From: a virus
Taxonomy: Duplodnaviria > Caudoviricetes
Strand: one strand, 5' to 3'
DNA: 43,312 bases
Virus record (IMG/VR): IMGVR_UViG_3300037991_001268
Coordinates: 1 to 43,312 of that record
Shown in pieces: positions 1-6,710 of the stretch. A program made the translations under genes and the position numbers. Below the pieces are notes generated by a model, which worked only from the letters and a program-made list of their open reading frames with translations, did not search any database and was not told the origin of the DNA. Numbering within the stretch: position 1 is the first letter of the stretch; each line of letters opens with the position of its first letter.

Positions 1-93
1 TGGATCTGTGAAATGGCAGATATTTCCTCCTTCGTTGCTGATGATAAAGCGTGGGATCTGTTCTACGATACTTACGAAACTGCACTTGCCTGA
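1..93 (+). CDS. Partial (5'-truncated) small acidic hypothetical early protein, ...WICEMADISSFVADDKAWDLFYDTYETALA*
   Basis: Frame 1 is open from the window edge to TGA at 91-93 and is followed by the next ATG at 95. The packing is tight and operon-like. Confidence 0.6.
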   Translation, partial: WICEMADISSFVADDKAWDLFYDTYETALA

Positions 94-94
94 T

Positions 95-280
95 ATGTTG
101 AAAGCACTTAACAAGAAAAGATCAGCAAACTTCTATTCTAATCAAGTGAAATTTCTCCTTCTCATTGTTATCGGCGTCCTGATCTACAATAGCAACGACG
201 CTCGATTCTTTATCTCAGATCAACTCAACAATGCTTCTGAGATTGTCCGCCCTGATGCACAACTCAACTTCCGCTACTGA
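95..280 (+). CDS. Small hypothetical membrane protein (61 aa, one hydrophobic helix FLLLIVIGVLIY)
   Basis: ATG at 95 directly follows the upstream stop, so it is preferred over the ORF-track start at 8. It has a single TM-like segment. Confidence 0.65.
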   Translation: MLKALNKKRSANFYSNQVKFLLLIVIGVLIYNSNDARFFISDQLNNASEIVRPDAQLNFRY

Positions 281-293
281 TTAACACTAAATT

Positions 294-473
294 ATGACTA
301 TTATGAATCCTTACGTTGAAAACCTTGTTTCGATGGGTTATGATCGAAAAGACGTTGAAACTGCGTCCACTATGTTTCAAAAGAAAACGTTCCCTTATAC
401 TATTCACGGTCGCACATATCAGACCGAAGAAGAGTATAACGAAGCAATTCACGATTTCATGAACGGAATGTAA
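294..473 (+). CDS. Hypothetical early protein, 59 aa (MTIMNPYVENLVSMGYDRKDVETASTMFQKK...)
   Basis: Translated by hand; it falls below the ORF-track cutoff. It fills the gap between neighbours on the coding strand. An alternative start is at 303. Confidence 0.7.
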   Translation: MTIMNPYVENLVSMGYDRKDVETASTMFQKKTFPYTIHGRTYQTEEEYNEAIHDFMNGM

Positions 474-475
474 TT

Positions 476-643
476 ATGGAAAAGAAAACTAAACTCATTC
501 CCCTATACAATGGCGCTGTGAATGTGTCTCCTAATTGTCTACAAGACCCCGCAGTTATGGCGGCATTAGAATCACTCTCCAAGCGTAATTGGAAGGCGTA
601 TGATCCGCCTGAAGGCGTGTGGAACATTTCTGATCGACACTAA
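476..643 (+). CDS. Hypothetical early protein, 55 aa (MEKKTKLIPLYNGAV...WNISDRH)
   Basis: Translated by hand. The ATG is 2 nt after the previous stop, and TAA is at 641-643. Confidence 0.65.
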   Translation: MEKKTKLIPLYNGAVNVSPNCLQDPAVMAALESLSKRNWKAYDPPEGVWNISDRH

Positions 644-699
644 GACAGTTGAATAAGTGGCACATAGGTGGTTCCCATGTCCCCCTTATGCCCTATAAT
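644..699 (+). promoter_or_regulatory. Putative early promoter: upstream GACAGTTGAATAAGTGGCACA element plus TATAAT -10 (694-699)
   Basis: Intergenic, with a perfect -10 and a weak -35 (TTCCCA 672-677). The upstream element resembles, from memory, the motif preceding early genes in T4-like cyanophages. A small GAAA-loop hairpin (711-729) lies in the leader. Confidence 0.6.
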
Positions 700-756
700 A
701 AAGACATCAGGGGGAGGGAAACCAACCCCACCAAACATTCACTCAACTCTCTCAAA

Positions 757-1104
757 ATGCGTAAGATCGAAGCACAAATGAACGCCGCTATTCAAGCAAA
801 CAAGAACTGGCAATCTGGTAACACTGCTGTGTATTTTAACGAAGAAACTGGCGTTTCTGTTGTTCGTCTTCACGGTAACAAAATCGCTGAAGTTAGTGAC
901 AACGACATGACAATCTTCGATGGTGGTTGGCAGTCTGTTACAACTAAGTCTCGCCTTAATGCACTTTGCGAAGAATTTTGCATCGCTGGTGAAGGTGTTT
1001 TCCAGAAGAATTACAAGTGGTTTGTTCGTAAGTTTGCTGGCGCAATCAACGGCAAAGATGTATTCGTTACTGAAGATTTCAACAACGGTTACATCTTCGC
1101 CTAA
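757..1104 (+). CDS. Cyanophage-type hypothetical early protein, 115 aa (MRKIEAQMNAAIQ...TTKSRLNAL...)
   Basis: The ATG at 757 lies downstream of the promoter and leader, whereas the ORF-track start at 649 runs through the promoter. Codon usage is strongly phage-like. Confidence 0.8.
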   Translation: MRKIEAQMNAAIQANKNWQSGNTAVYFNEETGVSVVRLHGNKIAEVSDNDMTIFDGGWQSVTTKSRLNALCEEFCIAGEGVFQKNYKWFVRKFAGAINGKDVFVTEDFNNGYIFA

Positions 1105-1146
1105 ATGATTAACCCCCAATCACTAACACTCTCACAGTTCAACAAA

Positions 1147-1365
1147 ATGACTGAACAATCACCAAACAAACAAGATCTTGAACAACTCGTTGAAAACTAT
1201 GCTTGGCATATTATCGACGGTTTAGATCACAAATCAGCAGATCAAATGTTGTTCGATTTGTTGACACGAGAGTATGAAAAGTTGACTTGGGATGAAGTCA
1301 CTGAAGAGATCGTAGATCTCTATGACGAAGACACACTTATCGACCTACTTCCTGAAGCAAAATGA
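1147..1365 (+). CDS. Acidic hypothetical protein (~72 aa; alternative start 1105)
   Basis: ORF track; D/E-rich helical sequence; ATGA overlap with the next gene. Confidence 0.75.
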   Translation: MTEQSPNKQDLEQLVENYAWHIIDGLDHKSADQMLFDLLTREYEKLTWDEVTEEIVDLYDEDTLIDLLPEAK

Positions 1366-1511
1366 GAATCTTCCTCGCTGCTCTCGTTATCATCATCGGA
1401 GCAAACATCGGTCTAAACGCCATCAACAACGTCAAACAAATGCAAGACAACAAAATTCAAAAGTATTGCATGGTTGATCCTACTTTCCATCCAGATTGCA
1501 AACAACAATAA
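1362..1511 (+). CDS. Small membrane or secreted protein, 49 aa (MRIFLAALVIIIGANIGLNAINN...YCMVDPTFHPDCKQQ)
   Basis: Translated by hand. It has an ATGA overlap with the upstream stop, an N-terminal hydrophobic helix and a C-terminal Cys pair. Confidence 0.7.
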   Translation: MRIFLAALVIIIGANIGLNAINNVKQMQDNKIQKYCMVDPTFHPDCKQQ

Positions 1512-1570
1512 CAACACCACACAAACATTCAAAAAGTCAGTATAATTACACTAGACGCAATCGTCACCTA

Positions 1571-1831
1571 ATGACTGACTTTCACCTAGGGCAATCTGTT
1601 ACCTACAAAGACTTCACAGGGTACATCAATTTTATCTCAGATGAATACATCACCATATGCATCAGAGAATATACACCACCCGCAGAAGAAACCAAACACA
1701 GTAAACAACAGCAGCGCCAGGTTTGTTTATGCGTCTTCCCAAATGATTGGAACTATGTGACACAAACCCCAAAACAGGTTACTAATAAGTTTTCCACAGA
1801 TAATGCGGAGATTGTGGAAAACATTAAATAA
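1571..1831 (+). CDS. Hypothetical protein, 86 aa (MTDFHLGQSVTYKDFTGYINFISDEYITIC...)
   Basis: ATG 1571 is in the ORF-track frame 1496..1831. The upstream extension is low-complexity A/C-rich DNA. Confidence 0.7.
   Translation: MTDFHLGQSVTYKDFTGYINFISDEYITICIREYTPPAEETKHSKQQQRQVCLCVFPNDWNYVTQTPKQVTNKFSTDNAEIVENIK
1789..1822. repeat. Inverted pair of TTTTCCACA boxes (GTTTTCCACA 1789-1798 / TGTGGAAAAC 1813-1822), DnaA-box-like
   Basis: Perfect 10-bp inverted repeat. TTTTCCACA is the cyanobacterial DnaA-box variant. Confidence 0.6.
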
Positions 1832-1878
1832 ACTACTATGTGTGTTTAATCCCTCTCTAAATGTCTCCACTAATTGTA

Positions 1879-1907
1879 CTCTTAGCACGCTCGCTAACAG
1901 ATGTCAA
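1879..1907 (-). promoter_or_regulatory. Putative leftward sigma70 promoter (TTGACA-17 nt-TAAGAG, with extended TG)
   Basis: The minus strand reads TTGACATCTGTTAGCGAGCGTGCTAAGAG: a perfect -35 and a weak -10. Confidence 0.35.
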
Positions 1908-1982
1908 CCCCTCTGAAATACCTCGGAGACCCTATCATCACCATTGCTAATCATTCGCCTCTCAGTGTCACTCACAGGGCAC

Positions 1983-2011
1983 TTGACAAGTATCACAAAC
2001 TATGGTACAAT
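1983..2011 (+). promoter_or_regulatory. Strong sigma70-type early promoter TTGACA-17 nt-TACAAT (extended -10 TG)
   Basis: TTGACA at 1983-1988 and TACAAT at 2006-2011 with a 17-nt spacer, upstream of ORF 2056. Confidence 0.85.
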
Positions 2012-2055
2012 AACCTTGTAGAGGTTCAGAAACCCTCCTAGTATCTTCAAGACTT

Positions 2056-2259
2056 ATGCAGTTCCTTATCTACGACGATTCAGAGAATCTCAGAGCAACT
2101 TTCCAGTCCATATATGACATGGAGAGGTATATCGATGGCATTCGGAATGAACGGGGAGACAGTTACCCAAACACTCCGAGAATGTCGTGCTTCGATTATA
2201 TCAAGTCGATCAAATGGTCTTGGGAATGTGTTGACAACTATGTGGAGAGTAAGGTATAA
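2056..2259 (+). CDS. Hypothetical early protein, 67 aa
   Basis: ORF track; directly downstream of a consensus promoter. Confidence 0.7.
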   Translation: MQFLIYDDSENLRATFQSIYDMERYIDGIRNERGDSYPNTPRMSCFDYIKSIKWSWECVDNYVESKV

Positions 2260-2260
2260 T
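2231..2260 (+). promoter_or_regulatory. Consensus sigma70 promoter TTGACA-18 nt-TATAAT reading into the non-coding stretch
   Basis: Both hexamers are perfect (2231-2236, 2255-2260). It is embedded in the 3' end of ORF 2056..2259. Confidence 0.75.
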
Positions 2261-2450
2261 GAGAGGGAATAAGAGGGGCACTATGTAACACTCACTGGAC
2301 AGTCACTAAGTATCACTGAGGGCAGTTAAATTTGCCCCCCTAAATGTTAAAAACGGCCACTACCCTAACCTACAAAGGTTCCCCAGAGCGTTTGAGATAT
2401 TATTCGTTAAAAGTTTTCCACAGGTTTTAAAAAATTTTCTGAGGTAAAAA
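2261..2450. other. Non-coding region, candidate replication origin or regulatory region
   Basis: No ORF. It contains phased TCACT repeats, a GGGCAG..TTGCCC hairpin (2320-2337), a TTTTCCACA box (2414-2422) and the AT tract TTTTAAAAAATTTT (2425-2438). Confidence 0.45.
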
Positions 2451-2669
2451 ATGGACTCCAAGACCCGCGTAGAGCGACAGGACACACGTGTATGGGCAAT
2501 AGAGCAATTATTGATCTTGGAGGGGTTTCTAGACCCTCGTATGTACGAATGCGCTGACTACTATGCGTCTGCGTATGCTTCTCAAATTCGTGATGATCTA
2601 TATACACTATGGACTGAGTGGAAAAACGATAATCCAAGCAGTAATCCGCAGGTAATTAATCGACTGTAG
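2451..2669 (+). CDS. Cyanophage-type hypothetical protein, 72 aa
   Basis: ORF track; GAGG RBS at ~2441-2444. Confidence 0.8.
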   Translation: MDSKTRVERQDTRVWAIEQLLILEGFLDPRMYECADYYASAYASQIRDDLYTLWTEWKNDNPSSNPQVINRL

Positions 2670-2673
2670 CAGC

Positions 2674-2844
2674 ATGTCCCATAGATTCACAACCAGACTT
2701 GAAGAAGACGATTTCGGAGATCTTATCCTTACGATACCATATGAAGTATGTGAGGAACTTGGTTGGGACATTGGGACGGAACTAGATTACGATATTACTG
2801 AAGACGGTACAGCATTTACATTACGCAAAGCAAACGATGAGTGA
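2674..2844 (+). CDS. AbrB/MazE/SpoVT-like swapped-hairpin protein, 56 aa (MSHRFTTRLEEDDFGDLILTIPYEVCEELGWDIGTELDYDITEDGTAFTLRKANDE)
   Basis: Translated by hand; missed by the ORF track. The L-x-IP-x-E-x3-LGW-x2-G-x2-L pattern is typical of the AbrB fold. It overlaps the next start. Confidence 0.7.
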   Translation: MSHRFTTRLEEDDFGDLILTIPYEVCEELGWDIGTELDYDITEDGTAFTLRKANDE

Positions 2845-3076
2845 AGAGAAGATTGATTTTCTAAGAGATAACGATGAAGCACATCAAGTTATCAATATGT
2901 GTTTGCAACAGATTGGAGAACGTTTAGCGGCACTTGAGCAGTATGTACAGGGCATTCCTTTACAGGATGTAACAAAGATCATGTACAAACCAGATGGGTA
3001 TGATGAATATTTGGATACGAAACAAAACTTTGATGAAATTTACCGACGATTGGAGGAACTGAAGGGTGGGGTGTAA
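2837..3076 (+). CDS. Hypothetical coiled-coil protein, 79 aa
   Basis: ORF track; overlaps both neighbours; heptad-like RLAALEQ and RRLEEL. Confidence 0.8.
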   Translation: MSEEKIDFLRDNDEAHQVINMCLQQIGERLAALEQYVQGIPLQDVTKIMYKPDGYDEYLDTKQNFDEIYRRLEELKGGV

Positions 3077-5516
3077 AAACCAAGGCGATGTATGTGAGAC
3101 AACGAATCATTGTCAGGAGTTTGTACCACTTGCTGCTGATCAGAAGGTAACTGTAGAGTTTACAGAATATCCAGTACCTGATTTACGCAGTAGTAATATC
3201 AATTTCAATATGCCACGCAGAGATGGCATTGCTGTGATGTATCCCAGTCTTCCAGTAACTACTAATACACGTACTGGGGGAACACCCAGTTCTGCCGCAA
3301 TCTGTGGAAAAGTATCTCGTACTGTCAATTGTTTTGGTGCAGACGAGTATTACTATGGGTATCGACCGAATGAACTATCATTTGATTTGATGTTCTCGGA
3401 TCGATTCTTCTCGTATTTGTACGATACCTCAGATGATGCTGGTCACGTTGGTATTGCTTGCTATTACTTGCAAACTCGTACTAATGCAACTACTGGGGGA
3501 ACCCCTGATCCAGTAACAGGTGATCCCGACCCACCAGATTCCACAGAAGAATCGACTGTCTGCAAACCCTGCACGGCATTTAGTTGTGCTCCTGCCAAGA
3601 CTAATCTGACTTATACAGTCCCTGAGGGTAATATTACTGGCGACCCCGACGCGCCGCATCCCACACTCTATGGTATTGGCACAGACACGAATAAACTGTG
3701 CTTCTCCTACGTCTCGTTAAGTACCACATTACCTAATGGTGTCACTGACCTGGAGATGTCCTATGACGGTGTTACATGGACTGATGTATGGGATGAAGGT
3801 CAAGCACAGGGTGTAAACTATGACACGCCCCAAAACCCGTTTACCACGGGCGAGGACCCACTTGAAGATTTCCAGATCTATGATCTCGATAGCGGGACGA
3901 GCGCCACAGGGTTCCGAGTAAAACTTTCTGTCAGTGCTATTGCAGATCTAGATGCCCCTGACCCGCCAGGTCCCACGTTCTCTGGTGTAAGATGGCGTAT
4001 TCTAGAGTTGATGACCCCTGGACAGGGTTATACGGCAGGTACAACGTTTGATTTATCGTTCCCCTATACCGATGTAAACGCTAATGTAGTCAATCTGACT
4101 GTAAAACTAAGGATTAAATCAGTTGGACCTATCCAAGCAGTTGGTAGTGCAGCAGGTTTTGACGTGTTGAGGATTGGTGATACCATCAATGGACACACAA
4201 TTACACATACATTCCACACTGATCTGAATAATTTTCCGTATCACGTTGTTTATTTGGACGGAAATGGTAGTAATTTTACAAAAGACACTAATTATACCTC
4301 TAGTCGTAACCATGTAATCAGTGCAAAAGCAGGTTATGGTATTGTCGATAGGGCAATTTTGGTGGGAGTGTACGAATTTTTAGATAAATCGACTCAATTT
4401 ACTACTAATTCCATTGCTCAGAACGCACCAAACGTTTTTAACGACATTTTTCAACCCGATGTATCGGTAACTATTACTAATGGATCGATTACAGGCACTA
4501 CAATTAACCTTCCTGGCGTTGGATTGGACAAAGTTCAGGGTGGACAACCTACTTTAGGCATTGCTGGAGACCCTGCAGAGGGTGGAACAAAGGCAGAAGT
4601 GGAAGGAACGTTCGTAAATGGTGAGTTGACGGCAATTAAAATCGTAAAAGGAGGTTCTGGATACTCTGCAGACAACCCTCCACAGATTTATGTGAACAAT
4701 ACGTCGTATAGAACGACCCAAAGTGTAGACACTCCTGGTTATGATCCATCAAAAATTGACAATGCGCTAGAAATTTACGAAAAAATGCCTGATGGTCCTG
4801 CAAAACCGTCAAAAGAACGCTTGGATAAGATTCGAGCGGCGTATGAACTGCCCCCAACGCAAGTTTCTAACGCTCCAGAACCATCTTTTCTGCAAAAACT
4901 CGATCCAACGCGCCTCAGACTCGAAACCATGCCGCAAAAATCGTATTCTCAGGCGGCAGTTGACGAATGGAGAGCGAATGCGGGCAATAATGCTGATAAT
5001 TCCGAGGATATTTCTAATTTGAACGTCCCAGAAGTCATTCAAGACAAACTTAAAGCGCGAAATGAGTATGAATTGTCTAATTTAGACAATTTTGGCGAAA
5101 AAATCACGCAAAAAGTGATTCCTGCTGAGCAAACTAAGCGCACAGCAATGGTTGAAACGGTTCAAGGACCATTTTCTGACCTTCCAGTTGCTTCAGAGTA
5201 CACTAAATACATGATACGTCAGTTCAAACCTGATACTACACCCGATGTAAAGATCTCTGTCACTCTAAGTTGCGAGGTTGCTCAAGAAGGTTGTGGACAC
5301 GTCCCCTGTTCCCCCGTAGGAGAGACAGGAGGCACTACAAATAATGCTGATGGAACTACCACTACAACGTCTTACAGCACCCTTGTAGGACCTCTGGGAG
5401 GCGGTTGCCAAAACTGGTCAGCATCAGGTGAGATTGATCTCTTGAATGATATGACTGGCACTACCTTTACATTAGGTCTTGCTATTGGTGAATACGGTAA
5501 TCCTTACGAGGAATAG
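3066..5516 (+). CDS. Putative virion (baseplate/hub-associated) structural protein, 816 aa, with Cys-rich termini
   Basis: Long ORF with a GTG start and an upstream GGAGG. It carries the GxGY(S/T)..PP beta-repeat also found in the downstream baseplate proteins and lies directly upstream of the PAAR gene. Confidence 0.7.
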   Translation: MGCKNQGDVCETTNHCQEFVPLAADQKVTVEFTEYPVPDLRSSNINFNMPRRDGIAVMYPSLPVTTNTRTGGTPSSAAICGKVSRTVNCFGADEYYYGYRPNELSFDLMFSDRFFSYLYDTSDDAGHVGIACYYLQTRTNATTGGTPDPVTGDPDPPDSTEESTVCKPCTAFSCAPAKTNLTYTVPEGNITGDPDAPHPTLYGIGTDTNKLCFSYVSLSTTLPNGVTDLEMSYDGVTWTDVWDEGQAQGVNYDTPQNPFTTGEDPLEDFQIYDLDSGTSATGFRVKLSVSAIADLDAPDPPGPTFSGVRWRILELMTPGQGYTAGTTFDLSFPYTDVNANVVNLTVKLRIKSVGPIQAVGSAAGFDVLRIGDTINGHTITHTFHTDLNNFPYHVVYLDGNGSNFTKDTNYTSSRNHVISAKAGYGIVDRAILVGVYEFLDKSTQFTTNSIAQNAPNVFNDIFQPDVSVTITNGSITGTTINLPGVGLDKVQGGQPTLGIAGDPAEGGTKAEVEGTFVNGELTAIKIVKGGSGYSADNPPQIYVNNTSYRTTQSVDTPGYDPSKIDNALEIYEKMPDGPAKPSKERLDKIRAAYELPPTQVSNAPEPSFLQKLDPTRLRLETMPQKSYSQAAVDEWRANAGNNADNSEDISNLNVPEVIQDKLKARNEYELSNLDNFGEKITQKVIPAEQTKRTAMVETVQGPFSDLPVASEYTKYMIRQFKPDTTPDVKISVTLSCEVAQEGCGHVPCSPVGETGGTTNNADGTTTTTSYSTLVGPLGGGCQNWSASGEIDLLNDMTGTTFTLGLAIGEYGNPYEE

Positions 5517-5521
5517 TACAT

Positions 5522-6109
5522 ATGGCGCACATCAATCAGAACTACGATAACTCAGGACCACAAGCTGCCGCACTTTTTATGGGTAAGTGCAGTGGACACG
5601 GAAGTGGTGGTGGGGGATCTTGGCATCCTGGACCTGGTGGCGGAACAATTTCACCTTGTGCGTGTGGAAATCTATCATCTGTGAAGCAAAAAGAGTATGC
5701 TGCGGGTCATGATACGATGGGACAGTGGAGAGCACACCCCCAAAGACCGTATGATGAACCGATTGTTGACAATGTGATTATTAATGGTAAAATACCTATC
5801 GTAGACACGGATCTCCTGACGTTGCATCCAACTCAATCCAAGTATATGGCAACCCGAAAAGCGGGTAAATGCGTAGTTGTTTGTCCCACTGATGCATGGT
5901 GGTGTCATAAGTATACTGGAAAGGATAATAGTGGCGGACGTGAGTCTGCTGCTGGTCACATTCGCAAATGCTTTGCAAGTACAAAGACCGTTTATATTGG
6001 CGGTAAACTTGCAGGTAGAATGGGTGACAAGTTAGGAGACCAGTCTACTACTTTCCCCTGCAGATCAGTTATCTGCGGATCTTCCCCTGATGTTATTATA
6101 GGAACTTAA
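5522..6109 (+). CDS. gp5.4: PAAR-family spike-tip protein (T4 gp5.4-like) with Cys-rich insertions
   Basis: N-terminal CSGHG, NVIINGK, and C-terminal TVYIGGKLAGRMGDKL...C.SVI.GSSPDVIIG match the PAAR pattern. It sits just upstream of gp25. Confidence 0.75.
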   Translation: MAHINQNYDNSGPQAAALFMGKCSGHGSGGGGSWHPGPGGGTISPCACGNLSSVKQKEYAAGHDTMGQWRAHPQRPYDEPIVDNVIINGKIPIVDTDLLTLHPTQSKYMATRKAGKCVVVCPTDAWWCHKYTGKDNSGGRESAAGHIRKCFASTKTVYIGGKLAGRMGDKLGDQSTTFPCRSVICGSSPDVIIGT

Positions 6110-6112
6110 TTT

Positions 6113-6259
6113 ATGGCAGCACGTTCAAAATCTTTGAGTGGTTCGTTGAATATCGAGACGAGACCCAAAAAGACGAGGCAGGGTTGTGGTCAGCATACCA
6201 AATATGCTGCTACATCTAGAAACAAAGCACGCAAGCGTTATAGGGGTCAGGGTAAGTAA
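6113..6259 (+). CDS. Small basic protein, 48 aa, ending KRYRGQGK
   Basis: Translated by hand (MAARSKSLSG...KKTRQGCGQHTKYAATSRNKARKRYRGQGK); 14 K/R. I recognise the YRGQG terminus as recurrent in small phage proteins near baseplate genes. Confidence 0.8.
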   Translation: MAARSKSLSGSLNIETRPKKTRQGCGQHTKYAATSRNKARKRYRGQGK

Positions 6260-6266
6260 CTAAATA
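6259..6266 (+). promoter_or_regulatory. T4-type late promoter (ACTAAATA)
   Basis: TAAATA core ~25 nt upstream of the gp25 start. Confidence 0.65.
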
Positions 6267-6290
6267 GTTTTGTTAAATCTCATCATGTAG

Positions 6291-6710
6291 ATGGCATTAA
6301 AGACTATTACAAGTGGTGACTTTAAAAAATCTCGTGCTTTTGCGGATATTTTAATGTCATTCAAACGTAACCCCTTCACGGATGACGCAAGTATCGTGAG
6401 AAATGATAATGCCATCAAACAGGCGATCAAGAATTTGATTCTGACCACACCTGGCGAGAAACCTTTTCAACCCACCGTTGGTTCAAAGGTCATGGATATG
6501 CTCTTTGAACCTCTTGATCCTTTTACTGCAGATGCCGTTAAGGATGAGATCATAAATACAGTTAATCAGTATGAACCTAGGGTAGAACTAACAAAAGTTG
6601 ATGTTACCGCCATTCCTGAAGGTAACAAGTTGAATATCACTCTTGAGTATAGAATCGTAGGGTTACCAATTGTGGAAACAATCGAATTTGTTTTACAGAG
6701 ACCTGAATAA
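6291..6710 (+). CDS. gp25: Baseplate wedge subunit gp25
   Basis: AIKQAIKNLILTTPGEKPFQPTVGS...LFEP...YEPRV is the gp25 family signature; it lies upstream of gp6. Confidence 0.95.
   Translation: MALKTITSGDFKKSRAFADILMSFKRNPFTDDASIVRNDNAIKQAIKNLILTTPGEKPFQPTVGSKVMDMLFEPLDPFTADAVKDEIINTVNQYEPRVELTKVDVTAIPEGNKLNITLEYRIVGLPIVETIEFVLQRPE
6551..6558 (+). promoter_or_regulatory. Possible internal late promoter (CATAAATA) for gp6
   Basis: Late consensus inside gp25, ~150 nt upstream of gp6. Confidence 0.4.

Noticed and set aside
649-756. ORF-track N-terminal extensions (starts at 649, and likewise at 8 and 1496)
   Set aside because: They run through promoter or intergenic DNA or overlap real upstream genes. 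The downstream ATGs at 757, 95 and 1571 fit better.
1541-1546. TATAAT upstream of ORF 1571
   Set aside because: There is no -35 or extended -10, so support is insufficient.
3303-3311. Fourth TTTTCCACA box (minus strand)
   Set aside because: It is isolated and inside coding sequence (C-G-K codons), so chance is plausible.
3066-5516. Calling the 816-aa protein gp5 (tail lysozyme/spike) because it precedes PAAR
   Set aside because: I see no gp5 OB-fold motif, lysozyme motif or beta-helix repeats.
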